A DNA stretch of 64,000 bases, from assembly GCA_963716745.1 (NCBI GenBank), contig OY970320.1, positions 3,168,001-3,232,000 on the forward strand, given 5' to 3'. This document shows, one piece after another, positions 48,087 through 61,700 of this stretch. Within the stretch, counting starts at the first letter, position 1; the number at the start of each line of letters is the position of its first letter. The stretch comes from an uncultured Gemmatimonadaceae bacterium (GTDB taxonomy: Bacteria > Gemmatimonadota > Gemmatimonadetes > Gemmatimonadales > Gemmatimonadaceae). Below the pieces are notes generated by a model, which was not told the origin of the DNA, did not search any database, and saw only the letters and a program-made list of their open reading frames with translations. Both the position numbers and the translations under genes were made by a program.

Positions 48087-49652
48087 ATGAGTGGATCCCC
48101 GGCGCAGATCCGCGTCACGACGGCGAGCGAGGCGGCGGCGTTCGACGCCGCGGCCATCGCGGGCGGCACGCCGAGTGGCGAACTCATGCGGCACGCCGGC
48201 GAGCGCGCGGCGGCGGAGATCCACCGCCGCTTCACGCACATGGGCCGCGCGGGCGTCGCGATCTTCGCGGGCGCCGGCAACAATGGCGGCGACGGTTACG
48301 TCGTGGCGCGCGCGCTCGCGGCGCTCGGCGTTGCCGTGAGGATCATCGCCGTGGGCGAGCCCGGTACTCCCGACGCGATCGCCGCGCGCAACGCCGCGGT
48401 CGCGGCCAAGGGTGTCACGCTCGAGCACAGCGCCGGCGATGCGAAGCTCATCGTCGATGCGCTCCTGGGGACCGGCTCATCCGGCGCGCCGCGCGGCGCG
48501 ATCGCCGCCGCCATCGCGAGCATCGATGCGGCGCGCGCGCGCGGCGTGCCCATCATCTCGCTCGATCTCCCGAGCGGCCTGAACGCCGACACCGGCGAAG
48601 CGGCGATCGCCGTGCGCCCCGACCTGACGCTCACGTTCGGCACGGTGAAGCGCGGCCTGCTCCGCGCGCGCGACGCGGCGGGTGCGATCGCGCTGATCGA
48701 CATCGGCCTCGGCGCACTGGCCGATCGCGGCGACTCGCCCATGCTCGTGACCCCCGAGTGGGTGCACTCGCGCGTTCCCATTCTATCGGCCGATTCGTAC
48801 AAGGGCGATCGCGGGAAACTCGTGATCGTGGGCGGCCAACCCGGGATGGCCGGTGCGCCGATGCTCGCGGCGCGCGGCGCGATGCGCAGCGGCATCGGCA
48901 TGGTGCGCCTCGTGGTCGCGCGCGAGAACATTCCGGTGGTGCAGACGGCCGTGCCCCAGGCGATGGCGGCCGCGTGGCCTGCGCGCGATGACGAAGTGCG
49001 CGACGCAATCAACAATTGGGCGGACGTCGTGCTCATCGGCCCCGGCCTCGGCGATTCGCCGCAATCGCGTGAACTGGTGGAGCGCGTGCTCACGACGTGG
49101 CGCGGACCTGTGGTGGTGGACGCCGATGCGCTCAATGTTTTCCGTGGCGATACCGCGCGCCTCGGCGCGCTGCTCACCGGGCGCCCTGCGCTGCTCACGC
49201 CGCACGCGGGCGAGTGCGCGCGCCTCCTGGGCACCAACGCGGCAGACGTGATCGCGCGATCATTCGAGATCGGCGGCGAACTCGCGCGCGCGGCCAAGTG
49301 CGCGGTGCTCCTCAAGGGCGTCCCGACAGTGATCACCGCCGAGAGTGGCGCGCGCTACGTGAGCGCCACCGGCACGCCGGCGCTCGGCACCGCCGGCAGC
49401 GGCGACGTGCTCGCCGGGATCGCGGCCACGATGCTGGAGCAACTCGGCAACGCGGCCGATGCCGGCGCCGTCGCCGCGTGGGTGCACGGCCGCGCGGCCG
49501 AGCTGGTGAACGTCGGACGCCGCTGGCGGGGCATCACGCTCGACCAGATCGAGACCGCGGTGTCCAGCGTGTGGGCCCTGAAGCTTCCGGCGCCGCACCC
49601 GCACGTGCTCGCCGAACTGCCCGCGATCGGGGAGGTCGCGGATCGCATATGA
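48087..49652 (+). CDS. nnr: Bifunctional NAD(P)HX epimerase/dehydratase (YjeF)
   Basis: GAGNNGGDG, DALLGTG, DLPSG, IGPGLG, VDADAL, TPHAGE, AGSGDVL. Confidence 0.93.
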   Translation: MSGSPAQIRVTTASEAAAFDAAAIAGGTPSGELMRHAGERAAAEIHRRFTHMGRAGVAIFAGAGNNGGDGYVVARALAALGVAVRIIAVGEPGTPDAIAARNAAVAAKGVTLEHSAGDAKLIVDALLGTGSSGAPRGAIAAAIASIDAARARGVPIISLDLPSGLNADTGEAAIAVRPDLTLTFGTVKRGLLRARDAAGAIALIDIGLGALADRGDSPMLVTPEWVHSRVPILSADSYKGDRGKLVIVGGQPGMAGAPMLAARGAMRSGIGMVRLVVARENIPVVQTAVPQAMAAAWPARDDEVRDAINNWADVVLIGPGLGDSPQSRELVERVLTTWRGPVVVDADALNVFRGDTARLGALLTGRPALLTPHAGECARLLGTNAADVIARSFEIGGELARAAKCAVLLKGVPTVITAESGARYVSATGTPALGTAGSGDVLAGIAATMLEQLGNAADAGAVAAWVHGRAAELVNVGRRWRGITLDQIETAVSSVWALKLPAPHPHVLAELPAIGEVADRI

Positions 49653-50585
49653 GCGGCGGCTCGGCGCTCGGGCCCGGCAAGGAGTTCGATCTCATTCGCG
49701 CGATGCTCGCGCGCTACGGCGATCTGGCGCACGGCGTGGGCGGCGACGCGGCGCTCGTGGACATTCCCGCGGGCGAGCGCCTCGTCGTGAGCACCGACAC
49801 GTCGGTGGAGAACGTCCACTTCAAGCGCGCGTGGCTCTCGCCGCGCGAGACCGGCTACCGAGCGACCGCCGCCGCGCTGAGCGATCTCGCGGCGAGTGGC
49901 GCGACGCCCATCGGGATCCTGGCGGCGCTCACGATCCCGCCGGCGTGGCTGCCGCATGCCGAGGAGATCGCCGAAGGGATCGGCGAATCGCTGCGCGAGG
50001 CGCGCACGCACATCCTGGGCGGCGATGTGACGGGCGGCGCCGAGTTGATCGCTCGCGATCACCGTGCTCGGCCGCGCCGCCGAACCGCTGCGGCGCGATC
50101 TCGCCGCGCCCGGCGCGACGCTCTACCTCACGGGGCGATTGGGCGGTCCACTCGCGGCGCTCAAGGCGTGGAACGCGGGGCAGAACCCGTCACCCGAGGC
50201 GCGGGCGCGCTTCGCGCATCCCGAACCGCGTCTGCGCGAGGCACATTGGCTCGTGGAGCACGGCGCGCGCGCCGCGATCGACATCTCCGATGGCCTGCTC
50301 GGCGACGCCGCGCACATCGCGCACGCGAGCGGCGTGCGGCTCGTGCTCGAACTCGACTCGGTGCGCACCGTCGCCGGCGTCACGCCCGTGGACGCGGCCC
50401 AGAGCGGGGAGGAGTACGAGCTGCTCGTCGCGGCGCCGCCACACCTGGATGTGAGCGCGTTCGAGCGCGCGTTCCAGTTGCCGCTCACGCCCGTGGGCCA
50501 CGTGGAGCAGGGGGCGGCGGAAGTGCGCGCGACATTCCGCGGCGCGCGCGTTGCGGCGCATGGCGGCTTCAGCCACTTTTCGTAG
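49649..50585 (+). CDS. thiL: Thiamine-monophosphate kinase, frameshift near 50050
   Basis: EFDLI, STDTSVENVHF, LSDLAA, IDISDGL, GEEYEL. Confidence 0.9.
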
Positions 50586-51332
50586 GTGCGCGCCCTCATT
50601 GCGTATCCCGCCATGGCGTTGGTCACGATCTTCTTCGCCGTGCCGATCCTCGTGCTCACCGCGCTCGGTGTCACCATCGCGCCCGACAGTTTCCTCGGGC
50701 GCGGCGCGTACTGGTGGAGCCGGTTCATCCTGTGGGTGGCGGGCATCCGCGTCACGCTCAGAGGCGAGGAGCACATCGGCCACGGTGAGAGCCGCGTGTA
50801 CATGTGCAATCATGTGAGCTGGTGGGAGATCTTCGCGCTCGCGACCAGCATCCCGCGCTATCGCATGGTGGGCAAGATGGAGATCAAGAGGATCCCGCTG
50901 TTCGGCCCCGCGGCGGGCGCCGTCGCGGCGATCTACATCAACCGGCAGAACCGGCGGTCGGCGTTCGCGGCGTACGAGGAAGCGGTGCCGCAGATGAAGG
51001 GCGGCATGTCGGTGGGCGTCTTCCCCGAGGGAACGCGGGGATTCTCCTATGAGCTGCGCCCGTTCAAGAAGGGCCCGTTCGTGCTCGCGATCGCAGCGCA
51101 AGTGCCGGTGGTGCCGGTGGTCGCGTGGGGGTCGCTCGAGATCCAGAAGAAGGGGCAGGTGCTCATCCATAGGAATCCGATCGAGCTTACCTTTCTGGAG
51201 CCCGTGCCCACCGCGGGGCTCACGTACGACGACCGCGAAGCACTCATCGAGCGCGTCTGGCACGCGATGGCGGACGAACTCGAGCGGAAGGGGATCCACA
51301 GCCGCGGCGCCGCGATGGCGGCGGCTGGCTGA
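50586..51332 (+). CDS. 1-acyl-sn-glycerol-3-phosphate acyltransferase family
   Basis: CNHVSWWE, VFPEGTR, PFKKG. Confidence 0.88.
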   Translation: MRALIAYPAMALVTIFFAVPILVLTALGVTIAPDSFLGRGAYWWSRFILWVAGIRVTLRGEEHIGHGESRVYMCNHVSWWEIFALATSIPRYRMVGKMEIKRIPLFGPAAGAVAAIYINRQNRRSAFAAYEEAVPQMKGGMSVGVFPEGTRGFSYELRPFKKGPFVLAIAAQVPVVPVVAWGSLEIQKKGQVLIHRNPIELTFLEPVPTAGLTYDDREALIERVWHAMADELERKGIHSRGAAMAAAG

Positions 51333-52984
<1,652 letters not shown>

Positions 52985-53020
52985 TTCCGGGGCGTCATCC
53001 GGTCATATTTCGCTCACTGA

Positions 53021-53094
<74 letters not shown>

Positions 53095-53108
53095 TGCGAC
53101 ACGTGGAC

Positions 53109-53148
53109 ACGCCGCCGACGGCAAGCAATGCCGCTCGGCGGCGTTTTC
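53109..53148 (+). terminator. Probable intrinsic terminator
   Basis: ACGCCGCCGA..TCGGCGGCGT stem followed by TTT. Confidence 0.55.
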
Positions 53149-53269
53149 ACATCCTGGCATCTCGCGGCGCCTGCGCGATCATTGGACTTAGGTCCCCTAT
53201 TGCACCGTGCCATCTCGCCTTATGTTCGCCGAGCGATTCGTCCAGAACTTACTTGGCAAGGAGAGAGTG

Positions 53270-55295
53270 ATGAAAACACTGCCCGTCGTACTATTGGCGG
53301 CCGGCGTTGCGGCCACTGTGGCGATCTCCGGAACTCCGCCGACCGGCACCGCGAAGGCTGACGGCAGCATTCAGGGAATGGTCGTTCTTGGCGGCGCCCC
53401 GATCGCCGGGTCAACAGTGACGCTCTGGGGAGCCAGCGCCGACGCGCCGAAGCAACTCGATCAAACGAAGTCGAGCGACGACGGACGCTTCGAGGTCAGT
53501 CTGAAGGGTGCGAGCGGTGATGCCGTGATGTACGTGGTTGCCACGGGTGGCACGCCCAAAGCCGGCAAGGCGGGCGGTGACGAGGCGGCGCTCGTTCTTC
53601 TCGCGATCGTGGGGAGCAAGCCGCCGGAGCACGTGGTGGTGAACGAACTCACCACGGTCGCCTCGGCATACACCGCCGCGCGATTCATTCATGACGGGTC
53701 GATTTCAGGCAATCCGCTCGGGCTGCGGATCGCCGCAGCGAACGTCCCGAATTTCGTGAACCTGCAGACCGGCAGTTGGGGTTCCGTCATCACCGATGGA
53801 CTGAACCTGACTCGCAGCACCACCATGGCGACCTTCAGCACGCTCGCGTCCTTCGTCACCTACGCCGGCACGTCCGGCAACGGTGACTGGCGCTCGCGGT
53901 TCTTCCGCGCGGCAACGCCGAGCGGAGGAACGGCTCCCACGAACACACTCGCGAGCGATCGCTGGCATTGCGCGCCAGTCGTGGGCCCATCCCAAGGAGC
54001 TGTTCGCGCTGTTCGAGGAAGCCTATCCGCGGACGAAGGATGGCGCGCTGGATGCGGCGCCGTTCGTGCCATACCTCCAATTCGCGCCGACGGACTTCGC
54101 GCTCGTCCTGCGCTTTTCGGGCGGCGGCGCATACGCGCCTGGCCGGCTGATGTTCGACGCCAACGGCGACCTGTGGACCGGTGTGAATTGGATGCCCGGC
54201 TCGCAGTCCAACGCCGTCACGAACATTGGCGGAGGCCTCGCGAAGTTCGGGATCGATGGTTCCGCGCTCTCGCCACCGGTGACCGGATTCATGGGCGCCG
54301 GCATTAACGGGATCGGCTGGGGAACGGCTGTTACCAAGGACAACGTCTGGGTATCGAGCTTCAACGGCAAGATCCTGGTGACGGATCTCGAGGGGCGTCC
54401 GGTGGCGAGCGAGCAGGACTTCCCGTTCGGCGGCAAGCTGCACGGCCTCATGGGCATCGGCGTTTCGGCGAGCGGCGATGTGTGGATCGCCGACGGCGAA
54501 GGCGATCAACTGCTCTTCTTCCCGGGCGGACGAGTGAAGGAGGGGCGGATCGTGAAGGTGGCCGGCCTCGCGGGACCGTTCGACGTCGTCATCGATGACC
54601 AGGATCGCGTGTGGGTCTCGAATTCGAGATCCGAGACGGTCACGCGATTCCCTTCGAGCGATCCGAGCAAGGCGCAGGCCTTCCGGGTCGGTTTGGCCCC
54701 CCGCGCGTTGGCCCTCGATTCGAAGAGCAACGTGTGGGTCGTCAATTTCATCACACCCGGATTTCCTGGCGTAAAGCCGCTCCCGCCGCACGCGACGATC
54801 ATGCAGGAGTTCCAGGCGTTCAGTCACCTCCTCGGTCCGCTCGCATCGGGAAAGGTGAAATCGACGGGCTTCGTCAGCATGATCCGGCCGGATGGCTCAC
54901 AAACCTCGCCGCATGGCTATAACGCCAGCGGAGCTGTCAACCTTCCATGGGGCATCAACGTCGACGGCAACGACGACGTGTGGACGACCAATGGCTGGCT
55001 GCGCGGGATCGTGTACATGGCGGGTGACAACACGAAGGGACATCCGGCCGGCACGAAGACCGGCGAACTGTTGCATCAGTTCTTCAGCGGTTCCTTCGAG
55101 AACTTCACCGATGTGTCGATCGACGCGGCGGGCAATGCCTGGTGCGCCAACAATTGGAACGATGTGCCCATCGCGACAGGTATCGCGCACGACCTCGCAC
55201 GCTCCACCTGGGGCGGCGGGACTGGAGTGAATGTCATCTACGGCGTGGCCGAGCCGGTGCTGCCGCCGCGCATGGGCAAGGTGCGACGGCCCTAG
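53270..55295 (+). CDS. Secreted NHL/Vgb-like beta-propeller protein, frameshift near 53955
   Basis: Signal peptide; VVVNELTTVAS; repeated DxxGD/NxW blades (FDANGDLW, IDDQDRVW, VDGNDDVW, IDAAGNAW). Confidence 0.7.
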
Positions 55296-55319
55296 AAGCT
55301 TTCTGGCTCGCGTCCGATC

Positions 55320-55356
55320 AAGCCCCGTGGAGATTTCGGTCTCCGCGAGGCTTTTT
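55320..55356 (+). terminator. Intrinsic terminator
   Basis: AAGCCCCGTGGAGA-TTTCGG-TCTCCGCGAGGCTTTTT. Confidence 0.65.
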
Positions 55357-55433
55357 CGTTGACTCAGCGACCTAGCGAAGGATCACGGTTCACGCATTTG
55401 AAGGCATCCGATAGAATCGGCTCCGGACCGGAA

Positions 55434-55968
55434 TGGACGGAGACCGCACCGACAGGTAGCCGGTCGTGCATGCGTGTATCCTGATGCGATGTGCGCCCTG
55501 ATGCATAGCCTCCGGCTATGCGTAGACTCGGTCTCGATCGAGGAGGATCTCATCGACGACTCATGTCGATCGGGGCGTTCTATGAAGTGTACAAAGCGTT
55601 GGGCTATGGTTTCAACTCGAGCCGTTGTACCAGTCGGCGATGGAGCGCGAACTGCGCGCTCGTGGGCACGCGGTAGGGCGCAGGAGGCGAAAGTGCGTGT
55701 CATCGTAAAAGGCGAAGAACTCGAGCACGCAGCGGCTGGACATGATCGTGTTGCATGAGCGAGCATCATCTGTGCGAGTCATCGAAGTCAGTACTCGCTT
55801 GCTCAGTGAGATCCGAAGGCTCGACCACATTGGTTAAGTTACCGATCCACGGAACGAGCCTGACGGGTCGGATACTGCTCCTCCGGATGTTCAGCCCCAG
55901 GATCGCAGTATTACCGGACGTCATGCATTTCCTGAACGACTTAGACTCTCCAATGCGGTCTCCGTCCA
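55434..55968. repeat. Perfect 15-bp inverted repeats bracketing the GxxExxY remnant
   Basis: TGGACGGAGACCGCA (55434-55448) and TGCGGTCTCCGTCCA (55954-55968). Confidence 0.8.
55535..55920 (+). pseudogene. GxxExxY-family (PD-(D/E)XK-like) gene remnant
   Basis: Across frames: IGAFYEVYKALGYGF / LEPLYQSAMERELRARGHAV / KGEE / QRLDMIV. Confidence 0.75.
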
Positions 55969-56076
55969 ATCCGTTCCATCCGGTCCGATCCGTTCAGAAT
56001 ATGAGCCGTGATGCAGATCGGAGCAGCGCGGATCGTGTCGAGCGCGCGATTGCGCCGTTCGCCATTATTCCCGGCC

Positions 56077-57277
56077 ATGAGACTCACGAGCATTTCAGCG
56101 ATCGCCCCTCTCGCGCTCGCCGCGGGCTGTACCTTCGCCCCACCGCCCACGCCCGCGTTCTATTCCACCACCCGCGAGACGATCCCCGCCAAGCCCGGCG
56201 AAGTGATCCGGCACGAGCCGATCGCCGGCGCACCCGTCGGCGCGCAGGCGTATCGGGTGCTCTACTCGTCCACCGGGCTCGATGGCAAGCCGATCGCCGT
56301 CTCCGGCGTCGTCGATCATCCCGTACGGCGCGCCGCCGTCGGGCGGATGGGACGTCGTCGCCTGGGCGCATCCCACCACCGGCGTCGCGCAGTACTGCGC
56401 GCCGTCGCTCAAGAATGATCCGCTCGGCAACATCGAAGGCCTCGAGGCGCTGCTCGCGCGCGGCTACGTCGTGACCGCCACCGATTATCCGGGACTCGGC
56501 ACAGTAGGGCCACATCCGTATCTCGTGGGCATCAGCGAAGGCCGCGCGGTGCTCGATCTCGTGCGCGCCGCGCGCAATTTGCCGGGCGAGAAAGTCGGCC
56601 CGCGATTCGCCGTGTGGGGCCACTCGCAGGGCGGGCAGGCGGCGCTCTTCGCCGGCCAGCTCAATTCGTCGTACTCTCCCGAGCTCGCGCTCGTGGCAGT
56701 CGGCGCCGCGGCGCCCGCCACGAATCTCGCGGTGCTCCTGCAGGATGACATCCATTCTCTCGCCGGCCGCGTGCTCGTCTCGTATTCGGTGTGGAGTTGG
56801 TCGCGCGTGTACGACACGCCCATCGACAGCATCGTGCGCCCCAGCGCGATCAAGACCGTGGATGAGATCGCCGGCGGCTGCATCCAGACTTACGGCGAGA
56901 CCTATTCCGTGGGCGTCGACGCGCTCCCGCTCGGCCGCAACTTCCTGTTCGCCGACCCCGATTCCGTGCAGCCCTACCGCGGATTCCTCTCGGAGAATCG
57001 CGCCGGCGCCGAGCGCACCGCGGCGCCCATGTTCCTCGTGCAGGGCGCGTCTGATCTCATCGTGCGGCCCAGCGTCACCAAGAGTTTCGCGGCGCGACTC
57101 TGCGAGCGCGGCGAAGTGGTGCGCTTCCTGCTGCTGCCCGACGTGGGCCACATGGGCGCGGGCAAACAGGCTGCGGCCCCGATGGTGCAGTGGATGCTGA
57201 GCATCTTCGCCGGCAACACGCCGCCGAACGACTGCGAGTCAATCCTCAAGCAGTGGGCGCCCGCACCGGCGCCCTAG
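56077..57277 (+). CDS. Secretory lipase-family alpha/beta hydrolase lipoprotein, frameshift near 56315
   Basis: Lipobox LAAGC, WAHPTTG, TDYPGLG, WGHSQGG, QGASD, H. Confidence 0.87.
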
Positions 57278-58780
57278 TGCTTCGTCGTATCCGCCTTCGC
57301 CTTCATGACGGAATCGGCCTTCGCCTTCCGCACCGAGTCCGGCATCGCATGCATGAGCGAATCCGCGAGCGTGTCCGCATTCCACCCGCCGCCGAGCGCG
57401 CGATAGAGTTCTACGTAGCTGTTCACCTGCGCACCCATCGCACGCGCGTGGTCCAACTCGGCCTGGAACAGCCGGCGGTCGGCGTCCAGCACTTCGAGGT
57501 AGTTCGACAGTCCGCCATCATACCGCACGCGCGCAATGCGCGCACCCTCGCGCAGCGCCACCACGCCGCTGTCCGTCGCGGTGCGCACCTCGGCCGTCCT
57601 TTGCGTGGCGATGAGCGCATTGCTCACTTCGCGGAACGAATTCTGCGCCGCCCTTAGGTACGCCGAGATCGCCTGGTCGCGCCGCGCCAGCGTCGCTTCG
57701 TATGTCGCGTCGATGCGGCCGCCGGCGAAGATCGGCTGCAGCAGACTGCCGCCCGCCGACGCAATGACCGCGTCGGCCGAACCGAGATTCCCGAAGCTCG
57801 CGCTCGCGATGCCAAGGAGTCCAGTAAGCGAGACGCGCGGGAAGTAGTCCGCCTTCGCCACGCCAATGTCGGCGTTCGCCGAGATCAACTGGTCCTCCGC
57901 CTCGAGCACATCCGGCCGCCGTTCTAGCAGCGTGCTCGGCAATCCGGATGGCACCTGCGGTGGGATGTACTCGTTGCTCAAGAGCGTGCCGCGCGGGATC
58001 GAGCCCGGCCCGCGGCCGAGCAGGAAGTTGATCTGATTCTCCAGTTGCGCGATCTGCCGCTGGAGATCCGGGATCGCGGCCGCGGCGACGGCGACATCGC
58101 CCTCAGCCTGCGCCACTTCGAGCCCCAATGCCACGCCGCCCTTCACGCGATTCTGGAAGAGCACGACCGTGTTCTGGCGGATGAGCAGCGTGTTGCGCGA
58201 GATCTCGAGCTCGAGATCCAGCTCACGCAAGATTGAAGTACGACTGACTCACTTCCGCGATGAGCGAGATCACGACGCCGGTGCGCGCCTCCACCGTCGC
58301 GAGATACTGCGCTTGCGCGCTCGCGCTGAGCGATCGCACGCGCCCCCAGAGGTCGAGCTCCCAGGAGAGATTCAGGTTGGCGCCGTACGAGCCGGGATAC
58401 CGGTTCGTATTGGCTGCGGCCGCCTGTTGCGTGGTGATCTGATTGGCCGACGCGCCCGCGCCGAGATCGATCTGCGGATACAGTCCCGAGCGCGCGATGC
58501 CGTACTGCGCCTGCACTTCGGCCACGCGCGCACTCGCGATCCGCAGGTCGAAGTTCGCGAGCAGCGCCTGATGCACGAGCGTTTTCAGCGTCGTGTCCTT
58601 GAAGTAGTCGAACCAGGCGACGTCGGCGATGCTCTTCGCCGAATCCATGATCACCGTCGAATCGGCGCCGCGGAATCCGGCCGGCGTGGGGACTTCGGGG
58701 CGGTGATAGGCGGGGCCCACCATGCACGCCGTGAGGGCGAGCGCCGCGACCGCGGCGCGCGAGAATCTCATGCCACGCAT
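57274..58780 (-). CDS. Efflux outer membrane factor lipoprotein (NodT/OprM family), frameshift near 58225
   Basis: LTACMVGPAY, SWELDLWGR, LLERRPDV, LYRALGGGW. Confidence 0.92.
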
Positions 58781-58781
58781 C

Positions 58782-61700
58782 CTAGTGACCTCCCGAAGCC
58801 GTCGCCGCCGGAGCGGCGGCTGGTGCCTTCTTCCCCCCACCACTGAGCTTCTCGATGAGCACGAACAGCACCGGCACGAGCAGCACACCGAAGATCGTCG
58901 CGATGAGCATGCCGCTGAACACCGCCATGCCCATCACCTTGCGCGCCTCCGCGCCGGCGCCGCTCGCCGTGAGCAGAGGCACCACGCCGAGAATGAACGC
59001 GAACGCGGTCATCAGGATCGGCCGGAAGCGCAGCTTCGCGGCTTCCATCGCGGCGGGGATCAACTCCATTCCCTCGTGCAGCTTCGCACGCGCGAATTCC
59101 ACGATGAGGATCGCGTTCTTGGCCGCGAGCCCAATGAGCATCACGAGTCCGATCTGCGCGAACACGTTGTTCTCGTAGCTCGGCGAGATCAATCGCGCGA
59201 GCCACAGTCCGAGGAACGCGCCGAACACCGCGAACGGTGTGCCGAGCAGCACGGAGAAGGGCAGGGACCAGCTCTCGTACTGCGCCGCCAGAATGAGGAA
59301 GACGAACACGAGCGCCATGCCGAACACCACCGCGCCCTTGCCCGCCGCCGCTTCTTCCTGGTACGACATCGCGTTGAACTGGTAACCGAAGCCGGCGGGC
59401 ACGAGCACGCTGTCGCCGACTTCCTTGAGCGCTTGCAGCGCTTGCGCGGAGCTGTAGCCCGGCGCCGGACCGCCCGTCACCTCGGCCGCACGATAGAGAT
59501 TGAAGCGGTTGGTGTACTCCGGTCCATTCGTGCGCGACGCGTGCACGAACGTCGAGAGCGGCACCATCTCGCCCTTCGCATTGCGCACGTAGAAGAACTG
59601 CAGCTGGTCGGGCGTCGCGCGGTACTGCGGCTCCGCCTGCACGTACACCTTGTAGAGGCGGCCGAACCGGTTGAAGTCATTGATGTATTGCCCGCCGAGG
59701 AACGCGCCGATCGTCGTGTTCACGTCCTGCAACTGCAGGCCGAGCGTCATCACCTTGTCGCGGTCAATGTTGGCGAAGATCTGCGGAACCGACGCGCTAT
59801 ACAGCGTCACGGCGTTCCCGATCTCCGGCCGTTTGCGCACGGCGGCGATGAACTCCTGCGTCTTGCTCGCGAGCGCCGCCGGCGTCTCACCCGTGCGGTC
59901 CTGCACGAAAATGGAGTAGCCGGCGCCCGTTCCGAGTCCCGGGATCGCGGGCGGACCGAACGCGAAGGCGAGCGCTTCGGGCACATCGCGCTGGAACGTC
60001 GCGTTCGCGACGCCCACCACGCCCTTCGCGTGCTCGGCGGCCGCGCCCCGCTCCGCCCACGGCTTGAGCGTGACGAAGAAGAACGCCGTGTTCGACGCGT
60101 ATGACTGCGTCACGAGGCTGTAGCCGGTGATCGTGACCACGCTGGCGACGCCGGGCGTGGCCATGAGGATCTGTTCCACTTTCTTCGCGGTCTCGTCCGT
60201 GCGCTGCAGCGACGTGGCGTCCTGCATCTTCACGTTCGCGAGCACGTAGCCCTGGTCCTCCTCGGGCACGAAGCCGCCGGGGATCTTCTTGCCCAGGATC
60301 ACGATCGCCACGCACAGGATGCCGATGAAGATCATGCTGCGCGCCATCTTGCGCACGAGGATGCCCGTGAAGCCCACGTAGCCGCCGGTGAACTTGTCGA
60401 ACACCTTGTTGAACCAGATGAAGAACTTGCCGAGCGGGCCCTTCTTCGGCTCGGCTTTGCGCAGCAGCATCGCGCTGAGCGCGGGCGAGAGCGAGAGCGC
60501 GCCGATCGCCGAGAGGATCACCGAGATCGCGATCGTGATCGCGAATTGCTGGTAGAGGCGTCCCGTGATGCCGCCCATGAACGCGACGGGCACGAACACG
60601 GCGCTCAATACGAGCGCGATCGCCACCACCGGGCCCGACACTTCGTCCATCGCCTTGTTCGCCGCGTCCTTCGGCGTCATCCCATGCTCAATGTGATGCA
60701 CCACGGCTTCGACGACGACGATGGCGTCGTCCACCACGATGCCGATCGCGAGCACCAGGCCTAACAGCGAGAGCACGTTGATCGAGAAGCCGAGCATCGG
60801 GAAGATCGCGAACGTCCCGATGAGCGACACCGGCACCGTGAGCAGCGGGATGAGCGTAGCGCGCCAGTCCTGCAGGAAGATGAACACGACGAGAATGACC
60901 AGCACCATCGCTTCCAACAGCGTGTGCACGATCTCGTTGATGCCCTCGCTCACGGGGAGCGTGGTGTCGAGCGAGATCGCGTACTCCATGTCGTTCGGGA
61001 AGCGGGTCTTGAGATCCTCCATCGTCTTCTTGATCTGGCCGGCCACATCGAGCGCGTTCGTGCCGGGGATCTGGTAGATCGCGATCGCCGCGGCGGCGTC
61101 GCCGCTCAGCCGCGCGATGGAGTTGTAGTTCTGCTCGCCGAGCTCGAGGCGCGCGACATCGCGCAGATGCACCTGCGACCCGTCGGGATTCGTGCGCACG
61201 ATCACCGCGCCGAATTCCGCGGTGTCGGCCAAGCGGCCGTTCGTGCGCACCGCGTAGGTGAATTCCTGTCCCGGGGGCGCCGGCGGTCCGCCGATCTGTC
61301 CGCCCGGCACGATCACGTTCTGCGTCTGGATCGCCTTGGTGAGATCGGGCACCGTGAGCTTGAGCTGCGCGAGCCGGTCCGGACTCACCCACACGCGCAT
61401 CGCGTAGTCGGCGCCGCCGAACAGCGTCACCTGGCCTACGCCGCGGATGCGCGCGATCTGGTCGGTGATGTTGATCGAGGCGTAGTTGTTCAGGAAGCGC
61501 GTGTCGTACGAGCGCTTCGGCGAGCGGAGCGTGACGATCAGCAGCGGGAAGGAGAGCGACTTCTTCACCGCGACGCCGAACTTCTTCACGTCCTCGGGCA
61601 GGCTGGGCGTGGCTTCGCTCACGCGGTTCTGCACGAGCACGTTGTTGATGTCGAGATTCGTGCCCACCTCGAACGCGACGCGCAGCGTCATCGAGCCGTC

